Assembly (NCBI RefSeq): GCF_001194135.2
Contig: NC_068998.1
Coordinates: 26,868,048 to 26,932,047, forward strand
Length of the DNA stretch: 64,000 nt
Reading direction: 5' to 3'
Origin: Octopus bimaculoides
Lineage: Eukaryota
Positions 61,620 to 64,000 of the stretch are shown here, piece by piece. Position 1 is the first letter of the stretch. Each line of letters begins with the position of its first letter. The position numbers and the translations under genes were made by a program. Below the pieces are notes generated by a model. That model was given only the letters and a program-made list of their open reading frames with translations, had not been told where the DNA came from and did not search any database.

Positions 61620-61985
61620 AGCCGTAATACTTTACGCCAGCGCATACGATAGCCTGTTAGAGAATAGCATCACAGAAAATTATAGACGAGCTTTTCCGCA
61701 CACATGCAATAGTATAAAAGAATGAAGTCAAACAGTTTGCCAGCAATCTCGGAATAGCCGATAGGGTAGAGGTGTTAAATATGAGAAATACTTTTATAAC
61801 CATCAAGCGTCACAAACCAGACTTCGCCGCCAACCACAAGTGCCGCCTGATTAACCCAGCTAAATCGGAAATCAGGCTGGCGAGTGAGAATATTCTGAGG
61901 AAGATCAATGATGACATGAGGAGGACATCCAGTCTCTCCTTGTGATGGAATACCAATGAAGTTATTTCATAGTTTAGGGTAAACC
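61620..61985 (+). pseudogene. PLE RT N-terminal fragment (same type as 385-1260)
   Basis: YDSLLENSITENYRR, LGIADRVE...TFITIKRHKPDF....KCRLINPAKSEI...ILRKIND...WNTNEVI. Confidence 0.75.
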
Positions 61986-62029
61986 AGGGTAGAGACAGAA
62001 CAAGGTTCAAGCAAGAAGATCTATGAAGT

Positions 62030-62800
62030 AAGATGATACCATGTCTCCAAACTCTTTACCGTATATCTAGAAATGGTCATCAATGACATCCAGTGGACAG
62101 GTAGTGCGATCATCAGTGGCGATCAACTAATACACTTCTGATTCGCAGATTACATTGTACTCATCGCAGAAACTACAGACCAAATGCAGACCATGCTGAC
62201 AGAGTTGAACACTCAGAGCTTAGTTGTAGGGCTTAAAACAGAATATATGTGGTCAGAAGATGCATATATATTTCCCACCTCTATACGGCCTTGTGCGAAT
62301 AGAGGTGGGAAGCGATGAAATCGAAGAGGTAAAGGAGTGCATCTACTTAGGGCACACATTGAATATGCGCTAAGATATGGATGCTGATATCTCACAGAGA
62401 ATAAGGGCAAGATGGAAGGCATTTAACTCAATAAAGCGTGTACTCCAAAACAAAGCTAGACTACGGCTGACTACGGCTGACTACGACATAAAGGGCCATG
62501 GAAAGAGCCACGCTAAGTACATCACTAAGACAGCACATTTGAAATGAGATAATTCCAGAAATGAATGATGTGATCACAGAGTACTGAAAGCAAAAGTCCC
62601 GCTGAGCTAGACATGTCTCAAGGTTCACATACAACAGGTGGACCCTTGCAGTACCGAACGGTCTCAAAGACGTCGGAAAACACCATTTGAAAGGTTTCCA
62701 CTAGGATGGAAAGACGATTTAGTCAAGCAACTTGGGTCAAGATGGTGCAATCAAGACAAACTTGGAAGCGCATTGTGACCGGCGGTGTATAACAGTATCT
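62030..62800 (+). pseudogene. RTE-like LINE 3' fragment
   Basis: ISGDQLIHF*FADYIVLIAETTDQMQTMLTELN...VGLK, KECIYLGH and FPLGWKDDLVK match RT motifs 5-7 and the C-terminus of RTE elements. Confidence 0.7.
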
Positions 62801-62821
62801 CATGATCTGGTCGATACTGTG

Positions 62822-63045
62822 ATTATCTTTTATCTTTTACTTGTCTCAGTCATTAGACTGCGGCCTTGCTGGGACATGGCCTTCAATTTTTAATCGAATG
62901 AATTGACCCCCAGTAGCTTTCATTTAAGCCTGATACTATTCTATCATACTCTTTTGCCGAACCGCTATGTTACGGAGATGCAAACACATGACTATTGGTT
63001 GTCAAGTGATGGTGGTGGTGGTGGTGGACAAAAGCAGACATAAAG
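62822..63045 (-). mobile_element. Bipartite SINE tail
   Basis: tcttttatcttttacttgtctcagtcattagactgcggcc...cttttgccgaaccgctatgttacgg...ggttgtcaagtgatggtgg. Confidence 0.8.
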
Positions 63046-63886
63046 ACGCACCCACANNNNNNNNNNNNNNNNNNNNNNNNNNNNNNNNNNNNNNNNNNNN
63101 NNNNNNNNNNNNNNNNNNNNNNNNNNNNNNNNNNNNNNNNNNNNNNNNNNNNNNNNNNNNNNNNNNNNNNNNNNNNNNNNNNNNNNNNNNNNNNNNNNNN
63201 NNNNNNNNNNNNNNNNNNNNNNNNNNNNNNNNNNNNNNNNNNNNNNNNNNNNNNNNNNNNNNNNNNNNNNNNNNNNNNNNNNNNNNNNNNNNNNNNNNNN
63301 NNNNNNNNNNNNNNNNNNNNNNNNNNNNNNNNNNNNNNNNNNNNNNNNNNNNNNNNNNNNNNNNNNNNNNNNNNNNNNNNNNNNNNNNNNNNNNNNNNNN
63401 NNNNNNNNNNNNNNNNNNNNNNNNNNNNNNNNNNNNNNNNNNNNNNNNNNNNNNNNNNNNNNNNNNNNNNNNNNNNNNNNNNNNNNNNNNNNNNNNNNNN
63501 NNNNNNNNNNNNNNNNNNNNNNNNNNNNNNNNNNNNNNNNNNNNNNNNNNNNNNNNNNNNNNNNNNNNNNNNNNNNNNNNNNNNNATATATATATATATA
63601 TATATATACACCCCCACACACACACATATATACATGTATTTGCATATGTCCGCATATCTGACATACGTACATACAAATATAGATGCAGTATAACTTAGAA
63701 GTAACGATTTTTGCTTTTTAATCAAAATTTAATATTTTTACATTTATTCTTGCATATTGATATTTTTATGTGTTATGAATTATTACATTTATTTTACATT
63801 TTACTTATTACTTATCACAGTATTTTATATTATTATTTCATTAAAAGTTTTATAGTTCAATTGCATCATTCATTTACTCATATTAC

Positions 63887-63954
<68 letters not shown>

Positions 63955-64000
63955 ATATTATATATATATACTAATCTTATCACTGTTAATTTTCCAGACA

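Overview
This is AT-rich, repeat-saturated eukaryotic DNA from a draft assembly, with 14 N-gaps totalling about 6.3 kb. Most gaps are flanked by microsatellites. The SINE sequences and the dense (CA)n/(TA)n/(GATA)n/(TACA)n arrays look like an octopus or other cephalopod genome; this is recall-based inference, not a search result. I found no host protein-coding exon, rRNA, true tRNA gene or CRISPR array that I can support, and almost all listed ORFs are microsatellite or gap artefacts. The window is a transposon graveyard. It holds Penelope-like elements (PLEs) of two types, two R4/Dong-like non-LTR elements, several RTE and CR1 fragments, a 5'-truncated Helitron with a canonical 3' end, two mariner relics, a hAT MITE with an 8-bp TSD and several long foldback elements. 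It also holds a bipartite tRNA-SINE with an internal (TA)n/(TG)n tract. Three signals stand out. (1) Seven hammerhead-ribozyme (HHR) or HHR-derived motifs from at least five unrelated sequence families, all in PLE-type or inverted-repeat elements at or near microsatellites. (2) Two copies of a GIY-YIG PLE whose 3' module is a tRNA-like Pol III head followed by a hammerhead. (3) A collinear RTE/R4 LINE junction close to the equivalent RT position, giving an APE-RT-CCHC-RLE layout. Boundaries of degenerate elements are approximate, to within tens of bp.
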